Shown: positions 1 to 9,862, counted from the first letter of the stretch. The stretch: 64,000 bases of DNA from an uncultured virus (IMG/VR IMGVR_UViG_3300026116_000006) (IMGVR_UViG_3300026116_000006); one strand, 5' to 3'. Made by a program: numbers and translations. The notes: generated by a model from the letters alone, not told the origin.

Positions 1-13
1 TGGGTCTCGACCA

Positions 14-358
14 TCAGTGCAGCTTCTTCGGTGGAACAAAGTCGAACAGCTCGCGCGTGATCGTCATCGCTTCCTCCTTGCCGGTCCGGTCGTCGAGCTT
101 GACCTCGGTCGTGGTCGTGGTGTCGAAGATACCGGCCGCCTTGGCGAACTCATCCATCAGCTTGGCCGCGGTCTCCTCGAACAAGTCGGCCAGTTCGCTG
201 AAGCGCGTGATGTAGGCGTCACGCAAGGCCTTCAATCGCGGATCGTTCTCGAAGATGTTCCAGTCGCCGAATGCGAACGCGACATGGCGCTCGAAGATCA
301 GCTGGTTCTCGACGTCGATGAAATCATCGATGCTCGGTTTTGTCATCACCACTTCCAT
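14..358 (-). CDS. hypothetical protein
   Basis: 114-aa ORF with protein-like composition, coupled to the neighbouring ORF. Confidence 0.6.
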   Translation of the reverse strand: MEVVMTKPSIDDFIDVENQLIFERHVAFAFGDWNIFENDPRLKALRDAYITRFSELADLFEETAAKLMDEFAKAAGIFDTTTTTEVKLDDRTGKEEAMTITRELFDFVPPKKLH

Positions 359-678
359 CCGTTGGTCTTGCAGATCGCGCTGGCATACTCGATCAGCGCC
401 TTGGCGTGCGGTCGCTGATATGCGTCATCCCTGGGGTTGAAAGCTAGGTCTTCGGCAATGTTGTAAACAGCATGCCAGCGATTGCCGTGCTTCCAGTGCC
501 TGATTGCCTCACGCTTGGTATCGAAGCAGCGGCAGCCGACCGAAAGCCGCGTCGTGTAGGTGCGGTGGCGCGGATCATGCAGCAGCACAGCTCCGAAGCC
601 GTGGATCTCGCCGAGGTCGACCCTATGCACGCCGTCATGCAGCGCGTAGTGGATGCCTTCGACCAATCGCTTTGCCAT
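346..678 (-). CDS. hypothetical protein with GCRxF...EAIxHW motif
   Basis: Start MAKRLVEG preceded by GGAGAG; motif VGCRCFDTKREAIRHW. Confidence 0.55.
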   Translation of the reverse strand: MAKRLVEGIHYALHDGVHRVDLGEIHGFGAVLLHDPRHRTYTTRLSVGCRCFDTKREAIRHWKHGNRWHAVYNIAEDLAFNPRDDAYQRPHAKALIEYASAICKTNGWKW

Positions 679-726
679 CGTTCTCTCCCCTGGTGCCGCA
701 TGCTGCCATAACAGCACCCTCAGTCG

Positions 727-990
727 TCAACCCTTGTTGCTCTGCTTTTTCCACACCCGTTCATAACCGAGCGCGCGGCCGGCGGCCTCGATCGTGCAGT
801 TGTTCGGCCGCTTGGTCTTGCCGAAGAACCAGCCGCCCATGCAGCTGGCGGTGGGGCCGCCCTGCTTCTCGATCTGGCGCAGCACCTTGCCCTTGTTCAG
901 CCGCTCGCCGGTCTGGTCCTCGATCAGGGTACGCAGCTGGTCGATCACCGGATCCTTGCTGCGGAAGAGATAACTTTTGTAGAGCTTCAT
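727..990 (-). CDS. putative XRE/Cro-like HTH protein
   Basis: MKLYKSY...PTASCMGGWFFGKTKRPNNCTIEAAGRALGY resembles an HTH_3 C-terminal pattern. Confidence 0.5.
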   Translation of the reverse strand: MKLYKSYLFRSKDPVIDQLRTLIEDQTGERLNKGKVLRQIEKQGGPTASCMGGWFFGKTKRPNNCTIEAAGRALGYERVWKKQSNKG

Positions 991-1358
991 GCCTTGGCCT
1001 TCAGGTTGACGGTGTAGTGATAGTTTGACTGGTTGCGCCGCCCGACCGGGCTCAGGACTTTCTGTCTGATCAGCGAGCGGACCACATGCATGCGGCTGTG
1101 ACGGCCGCGGCCATGGCTCTTCACCCACGCCAGGACCTCGTCCGGGGTGATGGTGTGCGGGCGGGTCTTGTGCAGATGCTCGAGGAACAGCTCGGTGATG
1201 TTGCCGACGCGGGCCTGGGCCTTGACGCCCTTGGTACCGGGCTCCGGTGCGGCATTGATGACGGGGGTCGGGGTGACACCCCTGGCGCCGCTGGCCGCCA
1301 GGGCGCGCAGCACGTCACCCAAACGCCGGTCATCGATGAAAAATTCGACCTTGAACAA
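987..1358 (-). CDS. hypothetical protein, possible winged-helix C-terminus
   Basis: TTG start after CCACAGGAG leader; lies downstream of a TAGGTGTGC site. Confidence 0.55.
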   Translation of the reverse strand: MFKVEFFIDDRRLGDVLRALAASGARGVTPTPVINAAPEPGTKGVKAQARVGNITELFLEHLHKTRPHTITPDEVLAWVKSHGRGRHSRMHVVRSLIRQKVLSPVGRRNQSNYHYTVNLKAKA

Positions 1359-1803
1359 GAGGCGATCTCCTGTGGTGTTGTAAGAGCACACCTATCATAC
1401 AGGCACATCTAAAAAATTTTTGCAAATTTTTTATTCTTCTCCACCCCTCATTGGGCAGAAATTTTTCCAGTTCTGGCGGGCTCATTGGGCAGGCGATTTG
1501 CGGCCGTTCCACCCGGCGGCCCGACTTTTGGTGGTGCGCCGGTCAACGGGTCCCTTCTCAACCTGGGCTACCTCCGATGCGCTGTTGACAAACGCGCGGC
1601 GCCGCCCCGGTCCTCGGGTGGCGCCGCGCTCCTCCGCACTGGCTCGAGCTTCTAAGGGGACCGACCTCGCACCAGGACGGGATGGGAAGGGCGGGCTGGC
1701 ACCACGCCAGCCCGCCTGATCGGTGCGACTGAGCCTGACGGGGAGTGAGGGTTGGTCAACACCGATCTAACAGGTGGGCCTCTATCATAGTGGCCCACCT
1801 ATG

Positions 1804-2073
1804 TCAAGTGTCAAGCTCGTCGCTGCTCACATTGTCGGCGCTATGTTCATTCTCAGGCGTGCGGCGCCAGTCGCCGCACAGTGTGGTGTTGGCGGTCTCG
1901 AGCCTGGGCCATACCGCAAAGGCGTGGCGTACGTGCGTCAGAGCCCCCTCATCCAGCACCCCAAGGGGCGCATGCTTGCGGCACTCGCCGGTTGTCGCGT
2001 CATCGTCCTCGAACGTATTATTCCCCTGCGAAAAGAAATAACAATTCAAGCAGCTCGGCCCTGTGCGCTTCAT
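1804..2073 (-). CDS. small Cys-rich, putatively Zn-binding protein
   Basis: CLNC...ECR...WP...CGDW pattern common in small phage proteins. Confidence 0.6.
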   Translation of the reverse strand: MKRTGPSCLNCYFFSQGNNTFEDDDATTGECRKHAPLGVLDEGALTHVRHAFAVWPRLETANTTLCGDWRRTPENEHSADNVSSDELDT

Positions 2074-2167
2074 CGGATCTTGACACTGTAAGATCGCATA
2101 AGATCCATTATGGAAAATAGGTGTGCTGGAATGACACCAACACGTCGAGCACACCTAAGTCAAGCTG

Positions 2168-2401
2168 TCAAGCCTCGATGCCATGGCTGGCCAGGATGCC
2201 ACGCAGCAGGAGCACGATCTCGTCGCCCATCCTATCGTCCTTGATTGCGTTGAGATTGGCCTGCAGCACCAACTGGATGATGCGCAGCTTGGCATCAAGC
2301 TTGGTGATGTCGTCGCTCGAGAGCTGATTGAGCGCCGCTCGCACGCGCATCACGTTGAGCGGCTCAGGCTTCACCCTCGCTTGTGTCGTTGCTTTCGGCA
2401 T
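2168..2401 (-). CDS. hypothetical protein
   Basis: Helical ORF MPKATTQ..., downstream of TerS. Confidence 0.5.
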   Translation of the reverse strand: MPKATTQARVKPEPLNVMRVRAALNQLSSDDITKLDAKLRIIQLVLQANLNAIKDDRMGDEIVLLLRGILASHGIEA

Positions 2402-2978
2402 CACTCTCTCCCTCATCCGGTTGTGTTGTGTTGTTCTGATCAACCACGTCAGTCACGCGCTGCTCGAGGAACGCACGCAGCCGCGCGCGCTCATCGTGGT
2501 CGAGCGTCTTCGCTGGGATGAACTCATTGCTGATCGGCCCGCCATCAACGCCGCTCAGCTCGGTCGCCTTCACGTCGCGCCACAGCTGGCGCTGGCGGTT
2601 CTTCAGCCAGAAGATCTGCGCCGTCACGTTCGGCGCGTCTTCCAAGACGACATCCACCACCTCGACACACTCGCGGTCCTTACCATCCTTGAGCACGATT
2701 TCCTTCTGCACCGTTCTGCGGTTGCCCGTCGCACTTCGGTACAGCGCGCTCGCCACATCCGCATCAGCCTCCAGGCTTCCGGCCTTTACGGCTTCCTCGA
2801 ACTTCCGGCTCGACTTCAACCATTTGGAGAATGTGCTGTCAGATATTCCCAAATGCACGGCGATCGTTGTGTGCGTGCATCCAAGTAGCGCAAGCCTGCG
2901 CGCCTTGGCACAGATCTCTTCAGTTGCAATCTCGATCCTCGGACGAACATGCAACTTGCCGTCCTTCGTGATCATCAT
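2364..2978 (-). CDS. terS: terminase small subunit (HTH type)
   Basis: LALLGCTHTTIAVHLGISDSTFSKW HTH, EADADVASALYRSATG, PNVTAQIFWLKNR...WRD and ELSGVDGGPI; start uncertain (2978 or 3053). Confidence 0.85.
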   Translation of the reverse strand: MMITKDGKLHVRPRIEIATEEICAKARRLALLGCTHTTIAVHLGISDSTFSKWLKSSRKFEEAVKAGSLEADADVASALYRSATGNRRTVQKEIVLKDGKDRECVEVVDVVLEDAPNVTAQIFWLKNRQRQLWRDVKATELSGVDGGPISNEFIPAKTLDHDERARLRAFLEQRVTDVVDQNNTTQPDEGESDAESNDTSEGEA

Positions 2979-3172
2979 CCGGTTCGCACCAGCGGATCTT
3001 GACTTTACGCGCTTCGGCCCTGGCGATCGCGCAGCATTCTTCCCACCGCTCATAAGCCTCACCCATCGTCTCGAAAGGACCAGCGACCAGGATCTTGCCG
3101 TGCTCGAGCACGACATACGCGCCAACCCTGGTCACCATGATCGTATGCATGGACTGCGCGTTTATCCAGGCA

Positions 3173-3388
3173 TCACAACGTGTTCACCAGCGCACTGGCA
3201 ATCAGCATCTGATTGCGTTCATCGAACCGGATGGGATCGAATTTCGCCATCAGTTCGAGGATCTGCAATCCGCAAAGCACGGCAGGTGCGCGAGATCGTA
3301 TCAGGACTTGAGCGACCTCAGCAGCCTGTTCCCGTTCGCGGTCAATCGATGCTTGCGCCATCTCACTCTCCTGGTTCTCGGCCACCAT
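3173..3388 (-). CDS. hypothetical protein
   Basis: 71-aa helical ORF next to the origin-like region. Confidence 0.45.
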   Translation of the reverse strand: MVAENQESEMAQASIDREREQAAEVAQVLIRSRAPAVLCGLQILELMAKFDPIRFDERNQMLIASALVNTL

Positions 3389-3427
3389 GGCTCAGGACCC
3401 TACAAGTTCTGCATGACGTCTTCACTG

Positions 3428-3726
3428 AAAAATGGGATCTCACCATCCCATTTTTGCCAGGATGAATTTTAGGGCATGGTGGCGCCGCAAAAGCTATATG
3501 CCATCGGCATCGGATGGCATTTTTGCCAGGATGACAGGATGCTCAGCCTATTCTCCCCCTATAAAAACACATGACACCACTCTCTATATCTAAAGAAATA
3601 TATTTTAAGAGAGAGAGAATAGAGAAAGAGTGGTGTCATCCTGACAAATCAGATTATTTGTTCGATTTTTCAACGTGTTAAGGTTGCCAGGATGCATCCT
3701 GTCATTTGCGGCATGCGTCCTGGCAT
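3428..3726. repeat. putative replication origin: TTGCCAGGATG repeats, inverted repeats and AT/AG-rich core
   Basis: TTGCCAGGATG at about 3454, 3523 and 3684; ATGACACCACTCT/AGAGTGGTGTCAT-like inverted pair flanking the AT-rich 3585-3625 stretch; directly downstream of the primase-helicase. Confidence 0.7.
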
Positions 3727-3728
3727 GA

Positions 3729-6182
3729 TCACTCTTCGTTCGCATCGCGCTCTCTTTGACCGCCGGGCGTATGGCGTTCCTTCACATAGCGCTCCCATAA
3801 TTTCGGTCCCTGGCCGAGCTGCTCATAAAGTGCCGCCTTGGACGCGCCGCCCTGGCACCACAAGCTCTTTCGACGACCATCAGTTGTGCGCACCGCCTCT
3901 CCATCAAACAGCATCACCCAACCCGCAGCCCGCAGCGCTGGAGCGACGCGTTGCCGGTTGATCTGCTTCAGCTGCTGGTCAGTGAGATATCCGCCGTTGT
4001 TCTGGCGCAGGGCGGCCAGGATATCGTCCATCGTCATCAACTGCGGCCACACGACACCATTGAGCCCGCCCGTGATCAGACGCAGCGCTCCCATGATGCC
4101 TTCCGCCGACGCCTCGATCAGGCGCGCCTTCGCCTTTGTCATCGGCGCAAGAGTGAAAAGGCCTTGTTTTATAGCTGGTTGCATGGTGTTCCATTGGCGG
4201 CATAGCCATGCGATCACCTGATCCCATCCGCCTGCATTACCCCACTCCACAAGACCCTGGTACCAATCCTTGTCGAGTGCTTTGCGCGGCGTCTCGATCA
4301 CCAGATAACGCCGGTCGCCGGGCTCGAGCGGCAAGGGCTTGTTCGAGTTCGACGTGATGTACCAGCAACTGAGATTGTTGGCCGAGTAAGGCTTGCGATA
4401 TTTCTCATTGATCTGGAACGTCGAATTGCCTAAAGCCGTCCACGGCTTTAGCGTGTTGTACACGTCATGCGCCGTGATCGCGCCTTGCGTGTTCATCTCA
4501 AGCTCGTCGAGCACGATCAGCCGTTTGGTCAGAAAACCGTTGAATTGGCTGCCGACTTCGACCGGCGACACCAGTTTGTAATGCGCTTCGCCAAACCAGC
4601 GCATCAACGGCTCCATCACCAGATCCTTGCCAACGCCATGCTCACCCCACATCACGACGTGCCAGCCGGGTTTCATCGTGATGTTTCCGACCACGATCGA
4701 TAGCCAGTCGAGGAAATGGTCGACGATCGCGCCGTCGCCGCCGCACAGGAACTCGACCAGTGAGAGCCAATATTCAGGCTCGCCATGCGCGTCAGGCGCA
4801 CGCGGCAGCGGCTCGGCAATGTTGAGATCGCCATCGCAGAGCTGAGGGGCGCCCAGGCGATGCACGAGCTTGTCGGCATGCTGAACATCGGGATTGCGTC
4901 TTAGCCATGCCGAGACCGCCATCGGCGCTCCTGGCCGTTTTGTGCCGGGCGTCAGCCGATCGAGAAGCTTTGTGCCCTCGAACCGAGGTGTCCATTCATC
5001 ATCGATGGCGGCACGTGACTTGAACGCCTTGCCCGAGAGCGACCAATACATGTCCTCGCTGGCGACCTTGACCAGATCATCGGTGATCGACTGGGCAACG
5101 TGCTGTTCCAATGCCGTGCCATGCAGACGTTCATCTTCGGCTACCGGCATCTTAGGGAAGCGCACGCCTGGATGAGCCTCCAGGAGCCGTTTTCGGGCCT
5201 TGGCGAGCGCCTCAGGGTCGATCGCCGGGCCGCCAATCTCAGCCTCGGGGTCGGTCTCGAGGATCCAGGCCTTGTACTCTGCCGTGCGGAAGCCGACGCA
5301 ATGCTCGTGCAGGCACTTGAAAGACCGCTCGGCGATCAGCCACGACGTCGAGGTATCGTTGCCGCGCTCGGCCGTGACCGTATGCAGGTGCTCCTGGGGG
5401 CAGCGCAGTGGGATCAACCCGCGCACCTCGCCACCAATCGCGCCGCCCAGCTCGCCCTCATGGGCCCAGATCCAGTCCTCGACCGGGTCGACCTTGCCCT
5501 CGATCGAGCGCGCCGCCTTGGGCAGGCTGTGGGTATCTCTGGGGATTACGTGGAAAAGTCCGCACAGCTCGCTGAACGTCCAGGCATTGTCGGGCGCCCA
5601 GGTCGACAACCTTGCGCGCCAGCGCTCCTTTCCGGGCTTCATGTTGAGCGACCCTGGCACGCGCACGACGCGGTTGGCAGAATGGGCGCCCTTGTCGGAG
5701 AAGCCAGCCGCGATCAGCGCATCGATCAGGGTCGCGGCGCGCTCGGGCGACACTGGATCCTTAAGCCGAAAGCCGAGCTGGAAGTTTCCTTTGGACGTCT
5801 CGAGCGCGTAGGTCGGCACGATGCCGAGCTTGGTGAACTTCTCGAGCGCGATCTTGGTGCCGATGTCATCGCACACGATCACATGCGTCGACACCGCCCG
5901 CTTGCGCGACGGCAGGCGCGCCCGCGGCGTCAGGCCGGCGCAGCGCGAGATGCAGTAGTAAAGCTCGCGATCGCCGACCGGGTCGCGGTAATCCTCGAGC
6001 CTCATGTCGAAGGGATGGATCTCGGGCTTGGTCTTGCCTTCAGGATCGTCGGCCGGATCGTAATCATCGGGCCACGATCGTTTGAACTCGGTGAGGGTGA
6101 TGAAACCGTCGGCTTTGGAAGGGAACAAGATGTTGAGAAAATCACGCACTGAAATCGTGCTGCGCCCGCTATCCATTGACAT
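3729..6182 (-). CDS. RepB-type primase fused to SF3/D5-like (DUF5906) helicase
   Basis: IVCDDIG, ETSKGNFQ, RVVRVPGSLN; Zn motif CPQEHLH...CLHEHC; Walker A GEHGVGKD and Walker B LIVLDE. Confidence 0.9.
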   Translation of the reverse strand: MSMDSGRSTISVRDFLNILFPSKADGFITLTEFKRSWPDDYDPADDPEGKTKPEIHPFDMRLEDYRDPVGDRELYYCISRCAGLTPRARLPSRKRAVSTHVIVCDDIGTKIALEKFTKLGIVPTYALETSKGNFQLGFRLKDPVSPERAATLIDALIAAGFSDKGAHSANRVVRVPGSLNMKPGKERWRARLSTWAPDNAWTFSELCGLFHVIPRDTHSLPKAARSIEGKVDPVEDWIWAHEGELGGAIGGEVRGLIPLRCPQEHLHTVTAERGNDTSTSWLIAERSFKCLHEHCVGFRTAEYKAWILETDPEAEIGGPAIDPEALAKARKRLLEAHPGVRFPKMPVAEDERLHGTALEQHVAQSITDDLVKVASEDMYWSLSGKAFKSRAAIDDEWTPRFEGTKLLDRLTPGTKRPGAPMAVSAWLRRNPDVQHADKLVHRLGAPQLCDGDLNIAEPLPRAPDAHGEPEYWLSLVEFLCGGDGAIVDHFLDWLSIVVGNITMKPGWHVVMWGEHGVGKDLVMEPLMRWFGEAHYKLVSPVEVGSQFNGFLTKRLIVLDELEMNTQGAITAHDVYNTLKPWTALGNSTFQINEKYRKPYSANNLSCWYITSNSNKPLPLEPGDRRYLVIETPRKALDKDWYQGLVEWGNAGGWDQVIAWLCRQWNTMQPAIKQGLFTLAPMTKAKARLIEASAEGIMGALRLITGGLNGVVWPQLMTMDDILAALRQNNGGYLTDQQLKQINRQRVAPALRAAGWVMLFDGEAVRTTDGRRKSLWCQGGASKAALYEQLGQGPKLWERYVKERHTPGGQRERDANEE

Positions 6183-6278
6183 CCCCGCTTGACTTGAGGT
6201 CGCCCAGGACGGATAGGATGCGCCTGGGTGTTTGTCTCGTCCGGTCAAGCCCCCAAGCACTGTGGTAGGTGCTCAATC

Positions 6279-6313
6279 AAACGCCCCGTGGTTCACACCG
6301 CGGGGCGTTCTTT
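6279..6313. terminator. GC hairpin, possible terminator
   Basis: AACGCCCCG(T)GG...CCGCGGGGCGTT inverted repeat between genes. Confidence 0.45.
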
Positions 6314-6336
6314 ATGCTCTGTGCACTATCGCACCG

Positions 6337-6816
6337 TCAACGAAACGTAACGCTTGCAAGCTCGCGTTTAGCGTTCTCTGCTTCGCGACACTTTGCCAGC
6401 GCGATGGCGCAATCGAACACAGCCATCACGTGGTGGTGTCGCGTGTGCTCATGGTCGTTGAACTTCACGACGCGTTCGGTCGAAGAGTATGTCGTTAGCC
6501 ATGTATTTCCCATCTCGATCAGCGCGCGCCCGAGAAAACGGATTTCGGGCTGCTCATCAAGCTCGCGATCGTGCCGACCCTTGTGCTCCCACATGTACGG
6601 ATCGACGTCGCGCGCCTCGAGATATTCGCAATACCCCTTGCCATAGAGCACGATGTGCACGGCATCGGCCATACATGAAGCGTGCCGATCTATGTTCGTG
6701 GTGCTCCAGGCGCTTTTGCACCAGAGACCTGTGAGGGCAATGAGGTCTCGAGCCTTGATCAGGTTCTCGGAGACGGTCGGCTTTCGCTCCTCGCGCGAGG
6801 TGGTATCAAATGGCAT
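6337..6816 (-). CDS. DUF6197-like protein, paralog 3
   Basis: MPFD...ENLIKA...WC...C-ADAVH...FND...FDCAI pattern shared with two neighbours. Confidence 0.7.
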   Translation of the reverse strand: MPFDTTSREERKPTVSENLIKARDLIALTGLWCKSAWSTTNIDRHASCMADAVHIVLYGKGYCEYLEARDVDPYMWEHKGRHDRELDEQPEIRFLGRALIEMGNTWLTTYSSTERVVKFNDHEHTRHHHVMAVFDCAIALAKCREAENAKRELASVTFR

Positions 6817-7249
6817 GGGTCATCTCCTTCTGGCGCGCCTGTTCGATGGCGATATCGAACGCGAGCAACAGACGCTGATACGATGTTTGATCATTGAAGA
6901 CCGTCACGGTGTTCAGATCGCTCCAACCGCGCTTGTCAGGGATGCTCAGCTTGAATTGACGAATGACGTCGGCCAGCAGCGCGATCTCGGGGCATTTGGG
7001 AAAGTTATTGCGATGAGCCTGCGTGGTCTGGCCAAGCAGTTCCTGCTTCCTCAGGTAGGGGATATAGCTATCGCCATGGAGAGCGACATGGATGGCATCC
7101 GCGGCGCAGGAGAGATGCTCGCCGTTGGATAGGGACACGTTCCATTGGTTTCGGCACCACAGGCCTCGGCGGAGAATGCTACGGGCCTTGATCAGGTTCT
7201 CGCAAACGGTGGGCTTTCGCTCCTCGCGCGGCGTAGTATCAAACGGCAT
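6806..7249 (-). CDS. DUF6197-like protein, paralog 2
   Basis: MPFDTTPREERKPTVCENLIKAR; 5' DNA nearly identical to paralog 3. Confidence 0.7.
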   Translation of the reverse strand: MPFDTTPREERKPTVCENLIKARSILRRGLWCRNQWNVSLSNGEHLSCAADAIHVALHGDSYIPYLRKQELLGQTTQAHRNNFPKCPEIALLADVIRQFKLSIPDKRGWSDLNTVTVFNDQTSYQRLLLAFDIAIEQARQKEMTHAI

Positions 7250-7727
7250 GGTGCACCTCGCGGGCATAGGCGATGGCGCGGTCGAACAGCTCCATCACGT
7301 CAGCATGCGTGGTATCGCGATAATCGTTGTAGGCCGTGATCGCGCTCACGGCATAAGGGTGGCCGGTCTTTATCGAAAGACAGTGTTGAAGAGCCTGCAT
7401 CTCGGGGCGCAGGCCGAACAACTTCAGACGCGCCTCGACGTCAGCGCCGGTCAGGCCATCGGTCGCTTGATCCACGCTCATGCCATAGACGGCACAGTGC
7501 ACGGCATCGGCCGTGCATGAGAGACGCACATGCGTCCATTCGGGGTTCTGCAGGATGTGGCCACGCTCCACTAGCCAAGGAGTGCCGGTGGTGGTGTGTG
7601 CTGCGACCGTCTTCGACCACGCTCCCTGACACCAATTTTTCGGGTTGCTGATCATCCCCTTGGCCTTGCGCAAATTCTCGACCGTGGCGTTGCGGTCGAA
7701 CGGTTTGAATACACTATCGAACGGCAT
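7239..7727 (-). CDS. DUF6197-like protein, paralog 1
   Basis: MPFD...ENLRKA...WCQG...SCTADAVH...YND...TTHADVMELFDRAI. Confidence 0.7.
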   Translation of the reverse strand: MPFDSVFKPFDRNATVENLRKAKGMISNPKNWCQGAWSKTVAAHTTTGTPWLVERGHILQNPEWTHVRLSCTADAVHCAVYGMSVDQATDGLTGADVEARLKLFGLRPEMQALQHCLSIKTGHPYAVSAITAYNDYRDTTHADVMELFDRAIAYAREVHHAV

Positions 7728-7998
7728 GTGGGTCTCTCCTTAGCTTCTTCATCTTGCTGCGCCATGTCTTGAGATCCTGAGCCCGCTTGGCGCGTCGACG
7801 GGCTGCAGCTGACACCGAAAGGCGCGGGCGATGGATCACGATCGTGATGCGCACGGGCGTGCTCTTGGGGAAGGTCGAGCGCGCCGCGATCTCACTGGCG
7901 AATACCGTCGCTGAGCCAAACGTCTGCAGGCTCTTGGTGATCTCGCCGGGGAACGCCCAGGCGCTGACACGAGACTTGGTATCCTTGATGATCTTCAT
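7714..7998 (-). CDS. hypothetical basic protein
   Basis: Part of a tightly coupled gene run. Confidence 0.55.
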   Translation of the reverse strand: MKIIKDTKSRVSAWAFPGEITKSLQTFGSATVFASEIAARSTFPKSTPVRITIVIHRPRLSVSAAARRRAKRAQDLKTWRSKMKKLRRDPHAVR

Positions 7999-8001
7999 GG
8001 T

Positions 8002-8277
8002 TCAATTCTTCCGACCGGGCACACGCAATTCATATCGGTTTGCGATCTTTGCGGTACCTGTCACATGACCTTTTTCGTAATCGCGCAGCGTCTCGACAAA
8101 CACCGCCTGTTCTGAAGGATTGGCGAGGAGACGAATGCATCTTGCATCTTCTCCCACGTTCACCAGGGCGAACACCTCGACAGCCAGGAGATCATCCTTC
8201 AGAAGAAAGGGCGTCAGAGCATTGGCGATCTTGGTATGCATGTCCTCGAGGCGGCGCTTGATCTCGTCCTCTGTCAT
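8002..8277 (-). CDS. hypothetical protein
   Basis: MTEDEIKRRL... C-terminal part of the track ORF, coupled to the upstream stop. Confidence 0.55.
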   Translation of the reverse strand: MTEDEIKRRLEDMHTKIANALTPFLLKDDLLAVEVFALVNVGEDARCIRLLANPSEQAVFVETLRDYEKGHVTGTAKIANRYELRVPGRKN

Positions 8278-8669
8278 GACCGGTTCTCCAGCTCGCCGAT
8301 CCCGGCGATGATATCGGCAATCTGCCGCTGACCGACGACGCACTGCGCACGCATGACCTCGAGCACCTCGCCTGGATTGGCGAGCTTGATCCCGTTCCCG
8401 TTGCAATAGGCGTTCAGCGCGTTGAGGAAGCGGCGGAAGGTGATCGCCTCCATCAACGCCGTGCAGACGTCGAGTACCTCGAGCATCTCGTGCGAGAACA
8501 CGACCGATGGCATCGGCAGCGGCTTGCCGCTCTCGGCCGCGGTCTGCCGACCGTAATAGTATTGATCGCTGCCATGCTCCTGCGGCGGATAGCCCAGCTC
8601 GTACTCCCGCCATCCCGCGCGGAAGTCGGGATGGTTGAACAGCATGAGCCAGTAATCGGTGGCGGCCAT
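8274..8669 (-). CDS. hypothetical protein
   Basis: 131-aa coupled ORF. Confidence 0.6.
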   Translation of the reverse strand: MAATDYWLMLFNHPDFRAGWREYELGYPPQEHGSDQYYYGRQTAAESGKPLPMPSVVFSHEMLEVLDVCTALMEAITFRRFLNALNAYCNGNGIKLANPGEVLEVMRAQCVVGQRQIADIIAGIGELENRS

Positions 8670-8881
8670 CAGTCTTTCGGCTCGAAGAATTTCGCGTCAT
8701 GCCCACAAGTGTAGGGGCTCTCGCTCTCGCGTTCCTGATAACAGTCGCGAGGCGTGCGCAGGATCATGCGATCGCCCGTGACGAGGTTGATGCCGCAGTC
8801 CGTCGGATGCGTGCATTCATTGCCGCCGACCCGCCATTTGCAGTCGCGGCAAAATTTCAGAGCGGGCGATGTTTGGCTCAT
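8669..8881 (-). CDS. small Cys-rich protein
   Basis: CRDC...C...C...CG..AKFFEPK. Confidence 0.65.
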   Translation of the reverse strand: MSQTSPALKFCRDCKWRVGGNECTHPTDCGINLVTGDRMILRTPRDCYQERESESPYTCGHDAKFFEPKD

Positions 8882-9153
8882 CCTGCGACCTTCTCGAGCA
8901 CATGCAGGATCACGCCATCGCCGCGATCGAACGAGCGGATATGGGACCAGTGTCCCTGCTGCAGCTCGGGCTCGCCCGTCGTCGCCAAGAACTCGCGCCA
9001 GCTATGGGTCTGGGTATCCTTCGGCACGTTGACCACCAGCTTGCAGCCCAGCTTGCCGTCGGGCACCGCATCGAACACGCGGCTGCTGATGGGAAGGGGA
9101 AGCGTGTAGCCTCCGAGGTCGATCGGGATCTCCTTGATGATGCGCAGGGTCAA
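8878..9153 (-). CDS. hypothetical phage protein
   Basis: GAGGAGG RBS; TAGGTGTG palindrome upstream. Confidence 0.65.
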   Translation of the reverse strand: MTLRIIKEIPIDLGGYTLPLPISSRVFDAVPDGKLGCKLVVNVPKDTQTHSWREFLATTGEPELQQGHWSHIRSFDRGDGVILHVLEKVAG

Positions 9154-9196
9154 CGGTGCCTCCTCGTAAAAAGCGATGTTAGGTGTGGCACACCTA

Positions 9197-9862
9197 TCAA
9201 GGCAAGGAGGGAAAGTGTTTCTGGACCTGGATCAGGCGGTTCTTGTTCTCGGGCTTGGTGAAACAAGCCACCGGGCCGTGCCTGTAAAGCGTGCTGCCGA
9301 GATTGATCGCGGCACCCCACTGCGCGCCCGACAGGCCGAGCCTTCGCACGATCACGTTCTCACCCAGATACTTTTCAATATGTACGAGGTCATGTTTCCA
9401 TTGTTCCTGGTCATTCCAGGCGCTGGCATCGTAGGGCACTGACAAGAGATGACGCACCACCTCAGTCGCCGCAATCTGAATGCACTGCTCGTAACTCGGG
9501 CCGATGCCGCCCATCTCGAACGACCAGACGCTGCGGCCTTCATCCCATCGCTTCAGCCAGTCGGCGACGTCAGCTCCATACAGGGAGAGGTTGTAATAAA
9601 CCTCGTCCTCTTCTCGAGTGCGATAGAAAACCTTCCAGCCATCGATGAAGACGCCGCGGAAGCGATACCCGAAGCCCGTGCCATAGATGCGGATCTCATT
9701 ACCCACCTCGGGCACGACGCTATAGCGCTCCACCGTTATCGACCAGCCGTCGTCGTTGAGGATCGTCCAGTTCTTTTTGTCGGAGGTCAGCTCGACCTTG
9801 GCGATGCGCTTGGTCTCGAACTCCTGGTCGTCGGCTGGATAGTCGTGCGGCCCGCCCATCAC
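9197..9862 (-). CDS. hypothetical protein
   Basis: 221-aa ORF with typical protein composition. Confidence 0.7.
   Translation of the reverse strand: MMGGPHDYPADDQEFETKRIAKVELTSDKKNWTILNDDGWSITVERYSVVPEVGNEIRIYGTGFGYRFRGVFIDGWKVFYRTREEDEVYYNLSLYGADVADWLKRWDEGRSVWSFEMGGIGPSYEQCIQIAATEVVRHLLSVPYDASAWNDQEQWKHDLVHIEKYLGENVIVRRLGLSGAQWGAAINLGSTLYRHGPVACFTKPENKNRLIQVQKHFPSLP

Noticed and set aside
1547..1558. ACGGGTCCCTTC resembling the lambda cosQ region
   Set aside because: Short imperfect match, and the terminase and portal are not lambda-like
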